Positions 1 to 10,763 of a DNA stretch of 64,000 nt are shown piece after piece (positions within the stretch are counted from its first letter, which is position 1; the number at the start of each line of letters is the position of its first letter). Position numbers and translations under genes: made by a program. The stretch comes from a virus (taxonomy: Duplodnaviria; Caudoviricetes), in IMG/VR virus record IMGVR_UViG_3300020177_000966. The stretch is one strand, 5' to 3'. Under the pieces are notes generated by a model that was given only the letters and a program-made list of their open reading frames with translations, was not told the origin of the DNA and did not search any database.

Positions 1-705
1 TTAAGTAAACATACTGATAAAGTATTGCAACATTTAATAGATAATCCTCAACCTCAGTTAGAATTTTCTATTAATACAAATGCATGTCCCCCAGGAAAGC
101 TATGGAATAAGTTTATTAAAAAAATACAGCATCTTGAAAATAATAATTGTATTAAAGGATTTACCTTACATGTAAGTGCTGAAAGTAAAGGAGCGCAAGC
201 AGAGTATAGTAGAACAGGAATGAATTGGCAACAATTCTATGATAATGTATTATTGTATCTAAAAAATACTAACGGAAAACTAAGTTTTATGTCAGCATTT
301 AATATTTTAAGTTTTCCTACATTTAGACCGTTTCTTGGAATTGTGTTAAGACTACGTAATAGTTTTAAAAACAGAGTGAGAATTGCAATTCCATATGTAA
401 GAAATCCTGGATTTCTTGATGCAATGATTGCAACTGAAGACATGATTGAAACATATTTAATTCCTTGTATAAAGTTTATGGAAGAAAATTTTGACGAGCA
501 TGAAACAAATGATTTAAAAAGAATTGTGCAAGATTTAGATAAACGATTTAAAAATCCAGAAGAGTTTGGCAGTCTTGCTAAAGAACGTAGATTTATGTTT
601 TATGAATTTATTACTCAGTTTGACAAACGCCGAGGCACCGATTTCTTAACTGTATTTCCTGAATTAAAGAATTTTTACAAGGAGTGCAAACAATGTACGA
701 CATAG
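1..705 (+). CDS. Radical SAM protein, C-terminal part (5' end outside window)
   Basis: Frame is open from base 1 (LSKHTDKVLQHL...). NTN and 'SAESKGAQAEYSRTGMNW' resemble the S-I/V-D...EYIR..W segment of downstream paralogues (5547, 13995). The CxxxCxxC motif is not in the window. Confidence 0.7.
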   Translation, partial: LSKHTDKVLQHLIDNPQPQLEFSINTNACPPGKLWNKFIKKIQHLENNNCIKGFTLHVSAESKGAQAEYSRTGMNWQQFYDNVLLYLKNTNGKLSFMSAFNILSFPTFRPFLGIVLRLRNSFKNRVRIAIPYVRNPGFLDAMIATEDMIETYLIPCIKFMEENFDEHETNDLKRIVQDLDKRFKNPEEFGSLAKERRFMFYEFITQFDKRRGTDFLTVFPELKNFYKECKQCTT

Positions 706-1382
706 TGTTTATAAGTTATCATGAACCAAATGCAGAACAAAATTTTGACGATTTATATAGTAGATTTAATACAGTTGGAATCTTTGGTGATGACAGAGTA
801 AAGCGAGTTAGTAATGTAAAAGGGATCCACAATGCTCATATTGAAGCGGCTAAGTTATCAACTACTAATTACTTTTTTGTTGTAGACGGCGACGCAGTAA
901 TTGTTGATGAATTTGATTTTAATTACTATACAACCGAATCTGATACAGTGCATGTTTATAGAAGCATGAATCCTATTAATAATTTAATTTATGGGTATGG
1001 CGGCGTAAAGTTATTTCCAACTGAATTAACTAAGCAAATGGATACAAGTACAACAGATATGACAACTAGTATTAGTGATAAATTTAAAGTAATTAATGAG
1101 ATATCTAATATTACAGCATTTAATACAGATCCGTTTAACACATGGAAAAGTGCTTTTAGAGAATGTGCTAAATTAGCAAGTAAAACAATTGATAGACAAC
1201 ATGAGGATGAAACAAATGAAAGACTCAAAACTTGGACAACCTTGGGACACGATAGAGAGTTTGGTGAGTATGCGTTGGGAGGTGCTAGGGCTGGTATGCA
1301 GTTTGGCCTTTCTAACAGCAATGATATTAAATTAATAAACGACTTTGATTGGTTAAAGGAGCAATTTGATGCAAACTCATGA
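693..1382 (+). CDS. Glycosyltransferase-like protein (GT-A type, DxD)
   Basis: YDIVFISY start and 'YFFVVDGDAV' DxD motif. ATG at 693 chosen over GTG at 684. Confidence 0.55.
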   Translation: MYDIVFISYHEPNAEQNFDDLYSRFNTVGIFGDDRVKRVSNVKGIHNAHIEAAKLSTTNYFFVVDGDAVIVDEFDFNYYTTESDTVHVYRSMNPINNLIYGYGGVKLFPTELTKQMDTSTTDMTTSISDKFKVINEISNITAFNTDPFNTWKSAFRECAKLASKTIDRQHEDETNERLKTWTTLGHDREFGEYALGGARAGMQFGLSNSNDIKLINDFDWLKEQFDANS

Positions 1383-2202
1383 AATTTTAGATAGATTAGA
1401 ACTATTATATCCCACTAGTAGCAAACTATCAGATCTACGTAGAGCATATATTGACAAAGATCTTAATAGTATTTTTAGAATTGTTACAGATGACAATAAA
1501 GATGATTTACGTAAAGCATTGTTACAGGATAACGTATGGAGTTTATTTCGTGCAATTAAACAGATGAAAGATACACCTTTTATTGAAGGGATCCGTAAAT
1601 TACAAAAAAACGAAAACTTTGATCCAGACTGTATTAGTCGAGGTCAGATAAAAAGTAAACAGTGGCTAGTATCAGAACTAAAAAAATTAAATCTTGATCT
1701 AGGTGTTGTATTTTTATGTGCTGGTTGGTATGCTACACTTGCTACTATGATGTTTGAAAACAATTTAAAAATTGAAAAATTTAGAAGTTTTGACATCGAT
1801 GATACTTGCAGAGAAGTAGCAGAAGCATTTAATAAAAACTGGGTGCTAGACGGCTGGAAATTTAAATCATGTACTAAAGATATTAAAGAGATAAATTACG
1901 AAAATGCAATATACACAGTATTACGTGCTAATGGAACAACCGTTGATTTAGGAGATATTCCTAATACTATTATTAATACAAGTTGTGAACACATTAAAAA
2001 TTTTAGTGAGTGGTATGATTTAATTCCAGCAGGAAGATTAGTTGTATTACAAAGTAACGATTTCTATGAAGTTGAAGAACACGTTAACTGTACTACTAGC
2101 ATGCACGATTTTGCTAGAATGGCTCCTATGACAACATTATTGTATGAAGGAGAATTAGATCTTGAAAAATATACGAGGTATATGCGCATTGGATACAAGT
2201 AA
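1369..2202 (+). CDS. Class I SAM-dependent methyltransferase-like protein
   Basis: VVFLCAGWY (motif I-like), FRSFDID (acidic motif II), IINTSCEH. Confidence 0.55.
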   Translation: MQTHEILDRLELLYPTSSKLSDLRRAYIDKDLNSIFRIVTDDNKDDLRKALLQDNVWSLFRAIKQMKDTPFIEGIRKLQKNENFDPDCISRGQIKSKQWLVSELKKLNLDLGVVFLCAGWYATLATMMFENNLKIEKFRSFDIDDTCREVAEAFNKNWVLDGWKFKSCTKDIKEINYENAIYTVLRANGTTVDLGDIPNTIINTSCEHIKNFSEWYDLIPAGRLVVLQSNDFYEVEEHVNCTTSMHDFARMAPMTTLLYEGELDLEKYTRYMRIGYK

Positions 2203-2413
2203 TTTATCACTTAGACAACTGCAAACTGAAAGTGCTAGAGCATTAAGTACAATGCAAGCAACTAACAACAATATTTGGCAGTTTAATAAACAAGCACACC
2301 ACGATAGTCAAAACTGGTATCGTGCAGTTATTAAGTGGTATGTAGATCAATACGGTGACTTGCCTAGTAAAGTTGGACCGGGTAAAGATATAAAGTTGGT
2401 AATAGATGTATAA
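2189..2413 (+). CDS. Small hypothetical protein (74 aa, Trp/Tyr-rich)
   Basis: ORF overlaps both neighbours in operon style. TTG at 2189 is the likely start. Confidence 0.55.
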   Translation: MDTSNLSLRQLQTESARALSTMQATNNNIWQFNKQAHHDSQNWYRAVIKWYVDQYGDLPSKVGPGKDIKLVIDV

Positions 2414-3473
2414 TTATAGCGACATACGATCAATTCATTTAGAAGTTACACAAAACTGTCAAGCCAGTTGTCCTATGTGTGACCGTAATATGAATGGCGA
2501 AGGAATTAATCCTCATATTAATCTAGATGAACTTACATTAGAAGATTGTAAAAAAATATTCTCCCCAGAGTTTATTGCACAGCTTAATACTATGTATATG
2601 TGTGGTAACTTAGGTGATCCTATTGTTGCTCGTGACACATTAGAAATATTCAAATACTTTCGTGAACATAACCCAACGATGTGGTTAAGCATGAATACAA
2701 ATGCAGGAGCAAAAAATGTTGAATGGTGGAATGAATTGGCCTATGTCTTTGGAAGAATGGGGGCTGTTATTTTTAGTGTCGATGGTCTTCGCGATACGAA
2801 TCATATTTACAGACAAGGGGTAAATTGGGACAACGTAGAACGCAACATGCGAGCGTTTATCGATGCTGGCGGTAGAGCACGTTGGGACTTTCTTATATTT
2901 GAACACAATCAGCATCAAGTCGAAGAAGCTGAACAGTTAGCTAATGCATGGGGATGTGAGAAGTTTATAAAAAAGAAAACAGGAAGATTTGTAGATGCAA
3001 AGACAAACAAAAAAGAAAAGCATCAGGCCAAAGACCGTAAAGGCAAAGATACAGCAGAGCTCAAAAAGCCGGACGCACAATACCAAAACAAAGCTCTTAC
3101 AAAACAAGAAGCCATTATCAAGAAATATGGCAGTATGGATGCTTATTTTAACGCGGCTCCTATCGTATGTAAAGTTAAAAAAGAAGGTAGCCTCTTTATT
3201 ACAGCAGAAGGACTAGCATTGCCTTGTTGCTGGACTGCTGGTCGTATGTATAAATGGTGGCACAAAGATCCTAAAGTAGAACAGATATGGGATTTTATTC
3301 CTGATAAAAATGCACTAGACGCACGTAATGGTCTTGATAAAGTTTTTGCTACAGGTATATTTAATGAAATACAAGATAGTTGGAATAAACCTAGTTGTGA
3401 TGCCGGCAAACTAAAAGTATGTGCTACAAAGTGCGGCGCCGAGTTTGATCCTTTCACTGAACAGTTTAAATAA
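2406..3473 (+). CDS. Radical SAM protein with C-terminal SPASM/twitch-like domain (subfamily A)
   Basis: CQASCPMC, MCGNLGDP, SVDGLRDTNHIYR, C-terminal C..PCC..C..C. Confidence 0.9.
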   Translation: MYNYSDIRSIHLEVTQNCQASCPMCDRNMNGEGINPHINLDELTLEDCKKIFSPEFIAQLNTMYMCGNLGDPIVARDTLEIFKYFREHNPTMWLSMNTNAGAKNVEWWNELAYVFGRMGAVIFSVDGLRDTNHIYRQGVNWDNVERNMRAFIDAGGRARWDFLIFEHNQHQVEEAEQLANAWGCEKFIKKKTGRFVDAKTNKKEKHQAKDRKGKDTAELKKPDAQYQNKALTKQEAIIKKYGSMDAYFNAAPIVCKVKKEGSLFITAEGLALPCCWTAGRMYKWWHKDPKVEQIWDFIPDKNALDARNGLDKVFATGIFNEIQDSWNKPSCDAGKLKVCATKCGAEFDPFTEQFK

Positions 3474-3484
3474 GTACATATATA

Positions 3485-4552
3485 ATGATAAACATAAATG
3501 ACATACACAAAATCGAACTGGAAATTACAAGTGATTGTAATGCCGCATGCCCAGGTTGTGCAAGAACACTTAACCGAGACATCTTAGAAGTAACAAGTTT
3601 TTCACTTGATGACTTAAAAAGAATATTACCAGACGAGGCACATTTAAAAGATAAAGATATTAGGCTATGCGGCGTACTAGGAGATCCTGCAATTCACCCA
3701 CAGTTTGTTGAAATTGTAGAATACTTATTAGAAGGCGGCGCATATGTTACAATTAGTACTAATGGCGGCGTTGCACCTAAAGCAAGTTGGTATAGACTAG
3801 GTGAACTAAGCAAACAATACGGAAGAGACTTAATTATGATGTTCTGTATTGACGGACATCGAGAAACTAATCACATTTATCGTGTAAACACAAAGTTTGA
3901 TATAGTAAAACGTAATATCGAAGCGTTCGCAGAAAATTCTTATAAAGGTGATGATACAAGATCTAAGTGGGTTTTTATTGTATTTGATCATAACGAACAC
4001 GAAATTGAAGTTGCTAAAGCACATGCTAAAAGTTTGGGACTAAAATTTGTAATTAGAACAGGCATGCGTAATAGCTTAAATCAATGGACTGCCCAAATTG
4101 CAAAAAAAGAAGGCCGCGGAAACGTTACTAAAGAAGTAAAAACTATTACTACTACTGGTAGCAAAGAACATGCACGTAAAGACGAAGTATTAGAGTTGAT
4201 GAATAAAATTCAAACTAATCAAGTAGATGAAGAAGTTGTAAAATCTATTGTTTGTAAGTATGTTCATGAAGGCGAAATTTTTATTAATGCAAACCAAGAG
4301 ATGTGGCCTTGTTGTTTTTTGTGGGATAGTGCGTTTAAGAACAAAGAAAACATTTTAGAAAAATTATCTGAATATTCTACAGGATGGAATAGTTTAAAAA
4401 AACATAGCATTGAAGAAGTTATGAAACATCCTTGGTATACTAAGGTTTTAGAAGAAAGCTGGAATCCGTCACACAATAAACATATGAAACGGTGTGTTGC
4501 TAGTTGTGGCTTTAATAAAGCCTATCAAAATGTTATGGTGGAACAAGAATGA
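3485..4552 (+). CDS. Radical SAM protein with C-terminal SPASM/twitch-like domain (subfamily A)
   Basis: CNAACPGC, LCGVLGDP, IDGHRETNHIYR, WPCC..C..C. Confidence 0.9.
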   Translation: MININDIHKIELEITSDCNAACPGCARTLNRDILEVTSFSLDDLKRILPDEAHLKDKDIRLCGVLGDPAIHPQFVEIVEYLLEGGAYVTISTNGGVAPKASWYRLGELSKQYGRDLIMMFCIDGHRETNHIYRVNTKFDIVKRNIEAFAENSYKGDDTRSKWVFIVFDHNEHEIEVAKAHAKSLGLKFVIRTGMRNSLNQWTAQIAKKEGRGNVTKEVKTITTTGSKEHARKDEVLELMNKIQTNQVDEEVVKSIVCKYVHEGEIFINANQEMWPCCFLWDSAFKNKENILEKLSEYSTGWNSLKKHSIEEVMKHPWYTKVLEESWNPSHNKHMKRCVASCGFNKAYQNVMVEQE

Positions 4553-5550
4553 GTTGGCAAGTACCAGTAGAAAGACAAACTAAACTGCAAATTGAAATGT
4601 CAAATTATTGCAACGCGGCATGTCCTGCCTGTGCTCGTGCATTTATTAATGATAAACTTATTGATATGGATTATCACTTTGATGTGAATAGTATGTATGT
4701 AAGTTTAGAACAATTTAAAAGTTGGGTATCTAAAGATAAATGGACTGATTTGCGCCTAATCCATATGTGTGGTAACTACGACGAAGCAACTACTAATCCT
4801 GATTTAATTGAAATTGTTAAATGGATTTTATCTAATGATGAATTGTTTACTAGCAAACCTAAGATTTCTATTGCTACTAACGGCGGAACACGTAATGATG
4901 AGTTTTGGACAACGTTGGGAGAAATTTCAAAAGAGTCAAATGGTCGTGTTAGAGTAAATTGGGGATTAGATGGATTAGAAGATACTAACCATATTTATAG
5001 AGTAAATGTTGATTGGCAAAAAGTACAAAGAAATTTTAGAAATTATATTGCTGCCGGCGGCGACGCTGTATGGCAATTCATATATTTTTCGCATAACGAA
5101 CATCAAGCTCATCTTATAGAAGATATTGCAGCCAAAGAAGGATTTAGTAGAGTAAAATTTATCGGAAGCCCAAGAGCAGACTTAGGTAAAAACTCTCAGC
5201 ATAAAAGTGACCCTAAAGTTGAGAAAAAACAAGAAGTTCCAACAGTTATTCCAAGATGTATTAGTTCTAAAATAGAAGATCAAGGACTATATGTTACACA
5301 TCATGGATATGTTGTTCCGTGTTGCTGGTGGGGAACTAAGAGTGGATTTAGAGGTCTATGGCAACATTACAGTAAAGATCACGGAACTGAACATCATAGA
5401 CTAAATGGACATAATAGTATACAGGATATTTTTGATAGTGAATGGTATACTAATTTATATACAGGAATTAAAAACGGTATTTTTCCAAAGTGTATAGAAA
5501 ACTGTAAACAAAACAAAGTTGCAACGCAACGATTTGAGGCATTAAAATGA
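4549..5550 (+). CDS. Radical SAM protein with C-terminal SPASM/twitch-like domain (subfamily A)
   Basis: CNAACPAC, MCGNYDE, LDGLEDTNHIYR, VPCC..C..C. Confidence 0.9.
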   Translation: MSWQVPVERQTKLQIEMSNYCNAACPACARAFINDKLIDMDYHFDVNSMYVSLEQFKSWVSKDKWTDLRLIHMCGNYDEATTNPDLIEIVKWILSNDELFTSKPKISIATNGGTRNDEFWTTLGEISKESNGRVRVNWGLDGLEDTNHIYRVNVDWQKVQRNFRNYIAAGGDAVWQFIYFSHNEHQAHLIEDIAAKEGFSRVKFIGSPRADLGKNSQHKSDPKVEKKQEVPTVIPRCISSKIEDQGLYVTHHGYVVPCCWWGTKSGFRGLWQHYSKDHGTEHHRLNGHNSIQDIFDSEWYTNLYTGIKNGIFPKCIENCKQNKVATQRFEALK

Positions 5551-6959
5551 CAGAAAAACCTAAGTATCCATCAGAAACATTTTGTTTATTACCATGGGTG
5601 CATCTAAGCACAAGACCCGACGGCAGTATGCGTGTATGTTGTACAGCAAATGCAAGTAGCGTTGGTCCAACGAATGATAAAGAATATGGCGGACAAGTAG
5701 GTATACTTAAAGATGAAGAAGGTCGTCCTAATAATTTAAATGTTACTGACCTTAATACAGCATGGAATAGTACGTATATGAAGAATGTACGTAAACAAAT
5801 GCTTGCAGGTGAAAAGCCTCCTAGCTGTATGAAATGTTTCCGAGAAGAAGAAAATGGACATAGAAGTAAGCGTCAATGGGAAACAGCATATTGGAGTCAG
5901 CGTGTTGATCTAGATCAAATTTTACAAGAAACACAACCGGATGGTAGTGTTCCTCCGCAATTGGCATACATTGATTTGCGTTTTGGAACCAAGTGTCAGT
6001 TAGCATGTGTTATGTGTAGTCCGCATGATAGTTCGGGTTGGATTAAAGATTACAAAGCAATTTTTCCAGAAGTTAAAAATGAATCACTTAAAGAGATTAT
6101 GCAATGGGATAACAAAGGTAGTACCAATGGTAGTAGTTATAACTGGCATAAGCAAAATCCTGTATTTTGGGAACAGTTCTATGAACAGATGAAACACATG
6201 AAGCAAATTTATTTTGCCGGCGGCGAAAGTCTTATTATCGAAGAACACTACGAAATACTTGAGGAAGCAATACGCCAAGGACTTGCACCAGAATTAGAAC
6301 TACGTTATAATTCAAATGGTGTTGAATGGCGTGACGATTTATTTGAATTATGGAGTCATTTTAAACTTGTTAGATTCCATTACAGCGTAGACAGCATTGA
6401 GCAAATGAATGAATACATTCGTTATCCTAGTAAATGGGATAGAACAAAAGAAGTGTTTCATATTTTAGATAAAGAAACTACAGATAATGTTGAAGTTACA
6501 ATTGCTTGTGCAGTACAAGCATTAAACATTTATTATCTTCCTGATTTTATCAAATGGAAATTACAAGAAGGATTTAAAAAGATTAACATGTATCCATTTG
6601 GAGCGGGTACAGTAAACTTTCATTTTGTATATTGGCCGGCACATCTTAACGTTAGATCTTTGCCTAAATGGTTTAAAGAACAGTGCCGTAAAAAATATGA
6701 AGAATTTTATCCGTGGTTAGAAGCTAATTGGGAATTATGTATTCCTAGTTGGCATAAAGGTAAAGTTACATATGACCAGTGGCGAGAAGCAGAATATGGT
6801 ATTAAACGTCTTGACGGTATGTTACAATTTATGGAAAGCGAAGACTGGAGTCAACGTCTACCTGAAATGAAAGAATTCTTAGGACTGTGTGATAAACAGC
6901 GTGGAATTTCATTCGATGAAACTTTTCCAGAAATGAAGGACATATTTAAAGATGTCTAA
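5547..6959 (+). CDS. Radical SAM protein with N-terminal twitch-like domain (subfamily B)
   Basis: N-terminal FCLLPW..RVCC..CMKC, then CQLACVMC and FAGGES. Confidence 0.9.
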   Translation: MTEKPKYPSETFCLLPWVHLSTRPDGSMRVCCTANASSVGPTNDKEYGGQVGILKDEEGRPNNLNVTDLNTAWNSTYMKNVRKQMLAGEKPPSCMKCFREEENGHRSKRQWETAYWSQRVDLDQILQETQPDGSVPPQLAYIDLRFGTKCQLACVMCSPHDSSGWIKDYKAIFPEVKNESLKEIMQWDNKGSTNGSSYNWHKQNPVFWEQFYEQMKHMKQIYFAGGESLIIEEHYEILEEAIRQGLAPELELRYNSNGVEWRDDLFELWSHFKLVRFHYSVDSIEQMNEYIRYPSKWDRTKEVFHILDKETTDNVEVTIACAVQALNIYYLPDFIKWKLQEGFKKINMYPFGAGTVNFHFVYWPAHLNVRSLPKWFKEQCRKKYEEFYPWLEANWELCIPSWHKGKVTYDQWREAEYGIKRLDGMLQFMESEDWSQRLPEMKEFLGLCDKQRGISFDETFPEMKDIFKDV

Positions 6960-7590
6960 ACGTATACACATTTTTGGTTGCAGTTTTGTTGAAGGACAAA
7001 TTAGAGAAACTGAATGTTTGACTGGCAGATCTAATTTTCCTGAATATCTGTCGTTACTTGCACCTAATTTAAAAATTTATAATTGGGGTGTATCTGGTAC
7101 AAGTATAAATTATCATCTATATCTTTCATCAAAAGTTAAACAATTTTACAATACTTTAGATGATGTGTATATTTTAAAGTGTACTACTCCGGGCAGATTA
7201 ACATCGTGGAAAGTACTAGAAGATCATTATTTTGAATCTCCTAAAGAAATAACATCAAATTATCATTACCAACACGTGCCTAGAAAAAAGTTTAAGGTAC
7301 ATAATCTTCGCCAAGAAACTCCTGACCAATTAGCAAATTATTATTTTCTTAACTTAGAATGGAAGCAATTAGACTTTGAATATACTGTTAGCTTAGGTTA
7401 TGCAGAAAATAATTTTGATTTTGTATACTCACATCATGAAGGAACCAAGGTTCCTTGCATTAGAAAAATTTTAGGAAAAGAAAAATATCAAAAATATATC
7501 AAAGACGATGGAAGACATTTTGGAGATGATGGTAATAAATGGGAAGCACAATGGCTTTTTAAAAAATTAACTGAGAAAGAATTAGTATGA
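6952..7590 (+). CDS. SGNH/GDSL-fold hydrolase or acyltransferase-like protein
   Basis: IFGCSF (block I), NWGVSGTS (block II), DDGRH (block V). Confidence 0.5.
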   Translation: MSKRIHIFGCSFVEGQIRETECLTGRSNFPEYLSLLAPNLKIYNWGVSGTSINYHLYLSSKVKQFYNTLDDVYILKCTTPGRLTSWKVLEDHYFESPKEITSNYHYQHVPRKKFKVHNLRQETPDQLANYYFLNLEWKQLDFEYTVSLGYAENNFDFVYSHHEGTKVPCIRKILGKEKYQKYIKDDGRHFGDDGNKWEAQWLFKKLTEKELV

Positions 7591-8765
7591 GTTTTGACAC
7601 TATAGATTTATTATCAGGAAATATTTTCCAAATTACTTGGGATTTAGGCCGACGTTGCAATTATGATTGTAGTTATTGCCCTGCTCATAGGCATGACAAT
7701 TTTAGTCCTCACGCATCATTAGACGATCTTAAATCTAATACTGACTTTTTGTTTGAATATATTGATACCTATATGCAGTATAGAAATAATAAATTAGCAA
7801 GTATTAGTTTTACAGGCGGCGAACCTACAGTAAATCCTAATTTTATTCCTTTTGTAAAATATTTAAATGACGAATATTATAAAAAGTATTCTCATAAATG
7901 GGATGCCAATATAGGATTAACTACTAACGGGGCTATGAGTGAAAAAATGGCTGAAGCAGTTATCGAAAATATACAACATGTAACAGTTAGCTATCATACT
8001 GAATCGGATGATAAATTACGACAGCAAGTTAAGGATAGAATTAAACAATTTCGTGAAGCAGAAATAAAATATCCTAAAGACTTTCGAATGAATGTTAATG
8101 TTATGTTTCATGCTCAACAATTTGACGAATGTAAAGAATTGTGCAAATGGTTAGACACACTTGGTTGTAAATATGTTCCAAGGGTTATTGGAGAAGAACC
8201 TGACAGTAAAGCAACTTTTGCTCATGAGTACACACCAGATCAATTAGATTACATTAAAAATTATTGGAAATATAAAAATGCTAAACTAAATGATGAAGAA
8301 GAAGTATCAAAAGTATTAAGTGCCGCAGGCGAAAAGAAAAATGAAGCAACAAAAGTTTTAGGAAGTAGTATCGGAAGACCATGTTGTGGTATGCGAGAGA
8401 TGTGTCTAAGTAGTGCTGGCGGCGAAAGTCGCAAAAGTACCTTTGTTAACATGCGAGAGTTTAAAGGTTGGCATTGTAGTGTAAATTGGTTTTTCCTACA
8501 TTTAGAACAACAGACAGATCAGGTATTCCATCATCAAACATGTCAAGCACGATTTGATGGTACAAGAGGTCCAATAGGTAAAATAAGTGAAGGTAAAAAG
8601 ATTATTGCAGATCTTAAAGAAAAGTTATCAATGAATAAAATGCCAACAATTGTTTGTCCTAAACAAACATGTAGTTGTGGATTATGTGCACCTAAAAGTA
8701 AATTTAAAGACAGTTACAAAGACACACTACAGAATCATTTTAATGTGGAAATCTTAGATGTCTGA
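7587..8765 (+). CDS. Radical SAM protein (subfamily C)
   Basis: WDLGRRCNYDCSYC, FTGGEPT, TTNG, C-terminal CxCxxC. Confidence 0.9.
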   Translation: MSFDTIDLLSGNIFQITWDLGRRCNYDCSYCPAHRHDNFSPHASLDDLKSNTDFLFEYIDTYMQYRNNKLASISFTGGEPTVNPNFIPFVKYLNDEYYKKYSHKWDANIGLTTNGAMSEKMAEAVIENIQHVTVSYHTESDDKLRQQVKDRIKQFREAEIKYPKDFRMNVNVMFHAQQFDECKELCKWLDTLGCKYVPRVIGEEPDSKATFAHEYTPDQLDYIKNYWKYKNAKLNDEEEVSKVLSAAGEKKNEATKVLGSSIGRPCCGMREMCLSSAGGESRKSTFVNMREFKGWHCSVNWFFLHLEQQTDQVFHHQTCQARFDGTRGPIGKISEGKKIIADLKEKLSMNKMPTIVCPKQTCSCGLCAPKSKFKDSYKDTLQNHFNVEILDV

Positions 8766-9822
8766 TTATAAGTGTTTAGAATCACTAAACAGCATTTATG
8801 TAGATAAACGGAGTAGCGGATATCTTATTTCGCCATGTTGCCTTTTTAAGCAAACAGAATATAATGCAGTAAAAAACATTCAAGAACTAGTTGATAATCC
8901 TATTATTAAAAATATACAACAAGGATTTAAGGATGATTGGAAACGTCCTGAATGCCAAAGTTGTATATCTAAAGAAATAATAGGCTTACAAAGTAAGAGG
9001 CAAAAAAGTTTATTAAGAGGATCTCCTGGAAAACTTTTAAGATGGGACCTTAGACCAGGATTCACATGTAATTTAAAATGTGCAATGTGTAATCCTTACA
9101 ATAGCTCTAAGTGGGGAGAAGACTTAGAAATTTTTGAAAAGTATAATGGAAAAGTTTATTTAGAACAAAATGATAGAGAAGGGCTAGACTGGGACTGGAT
9201 TTATGATAATTGTATCAACGTTGCTGAAGAAATCTATATTGCAGGCGGCGAACCTTTCTATATGAAAGCAGTTCAAACATTTCTTACTAAATTATCAGAA
9301 CACCCTTGGAATTGTAACAATACAGTGATTGTAGTTCAAACTAATGCAGTGAGTAATACACCAAAGTTATTAAAGATATTAAAACGCTTTAAAAAACTAA
9401 ACTTTGGAATTAGTATAGACGGATGGGGAACAGTTAATGAAATCATTAGGTATCCTACAAAGCACGAAACTTTTGTTAAGAATGTTAAAGAGCTAACTAG
9501 TATTACTAAAGATTTTTATTTTAATATAACAGTTCAAGCAATGAATCTTCCAAATGTAGATAAAACAGTCAACAAAGTATCAAATTGGGGTCGATGGGAA
9601 ATACATAAACTTAATACGCCTTCTCATTTAAGTATTAATAGTTTAAAACCATCAGTAGTTGAAAGAGTTAAAGATACAACGTCGATAGATTTATTAAAAG
9701 AATTTTTAAAAGATTATAAATTTGACAACGAAAAGAATATTAAAATGCAAAACTATCTATTGGAACTTGATAATGCAAGAGGAACTGATAGTAAAACAAC
9801 CTTACCGTGGTGCTTTGAATAA
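8758..9822 (+). CDS. Radical SAM protein with N-terminal twitch-like domain (subfamily B)
   Basis: N-terminal C..SPCC..CQSC, then CNLKCAMC, IAGGEP, SIDG. Confidence 0.9.
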   Translation: MSDYKCLESLNSIYVDKRSSGYLISPCCLFKQTEYNAVKNIQELVDNPIIKNIQQGFKDDWKRPECQSCISKEIIGLQSKRQKSLLRGSPGKLLRWDLRPGFTCNLKCAMCNPYNSSKWGEDLEIFEKYNGKVYLEQNDREGLDWDWIYDNCINVAEEIYIAGGEPFYMKAVQTFLTKLSEHPWNCNNTVIVVQTNAVSNTPKLLKILKRFKKLNFGISIDGWGTVNEIIRYPTKHETFVKNVKELTSITKDFYFNITVQAMNLPNVDKTVNKVSNWGRWEIHKLNTPSHLSINSLKPSVVERVKDTTSIDLLKEFLKDYKFDNEKNIKMQNYLLELDNARGTDSKTTLPWCFE

Positions 9823-10763
9823 TGTGGACAACTGATACACTAGAATGGATTGATATTGAACTTACTAGCTTTTGTAATATTAAGTGCAAAGGTTGTTTTA
9901 GAGTGATATCTAAACATGCAGATCAAATTTTAAATAAAACTTATTTAGATCTTGAAGTTATTAAGCAAAGATTTCAAAAGGAAATGTTTCCTAATATTAA
10001 GATTATCAATTTTTGTGGCAGTGTGGACGAACCTTGCAGTCATCCTCAGTTTCATGAAATAGTAGAACACTTTGCAGAATGGGGATGTCATATTAATGTT
10101 GCAACCAATGGTAGTTTGCGTACGACACAATGGTGGGAAAAACTAGCAAAGATTATGCCGCCGAGCCATAAGGTAACATGGGGCATTGATGGTAGCGACG
10201 AACTAAGTGAAGTTTATAGAGAAGGCTCTAATTTTAAAAAAGTACAGCAAAATTATAGAGCATTTATTGGAGCAGGCGGCAAAGCCAATTGGCAGTTTAT
10301 TGTATTTGAACACAATGAACACCAACTAGAAGTTGCAAAACAAATGGCAACAAATGAAGGCTTTAAAGAATTTAAAACGATCATTAGTCATAGAAAAGAT
10401 ACTGGCGGAGTAAAACATAAAAAAGTTGAAGTAGAAGAGTCTAATTGTATCAGTTGCAAGTACGGTAATCAAAAACGTATTTTTGTAAATCATATGGGAA
10501 ATGTAATTCCATGCTGTCATTTAAATGCAAAGATGTTAGAATATTCTGTATCTTCTATTCCAAAGGATAGATTTGAAGACATACTAGAACAACAAGATTA
10601 TCTAACAGATATTAATTTAAAAAATGTTAGCTTAGAGCAAGCAATTAACGGAAAAGTTTGGACTGATATTAAAAACAGTTGGACGTCAGACAATAAAATT
10701 CCAAGATGTGAGCAAGTATGTAAAGAAAACAAAAGAGATAAGTTTATAAAGGATAAACTATAA
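9822..10763 (+). CDS. Radical SAM protein with C-terminal SPASM/twitch-like domain (subfamily A)
   Basis: CNIKCKGC, FCGSVDEP, TNGS, IDG, IPCC..C..C. Confidence 0.9.
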   Translation: MWTTDTLEWIDIELTSFCNIKCKGCFRVISKHADQILNKTYLDLEVIKQRFQKEMFPNIKIINFCGSVDEPCSHPQFHEIVEHFAEWGCHINVATNGSLRTTQWWEKLAKIMPPSHKVTWGIDGSDELSEVYREGSNFKKVQQNYRAFIGAGGKANWQFIVFEHNEHQLEVAKQMATNEGFKEFKTIISHRKDTGGVKHKKVEVEESNCISCKYGNQKRIFVNHMGNVIPCCHLNAKMLEYSVSSIPKDRFEDILEQQDYLTDINLKNVSLEQAINGKVWTDIKNSWTSDNKIPRCEQVCKENKRDKFIKDKL

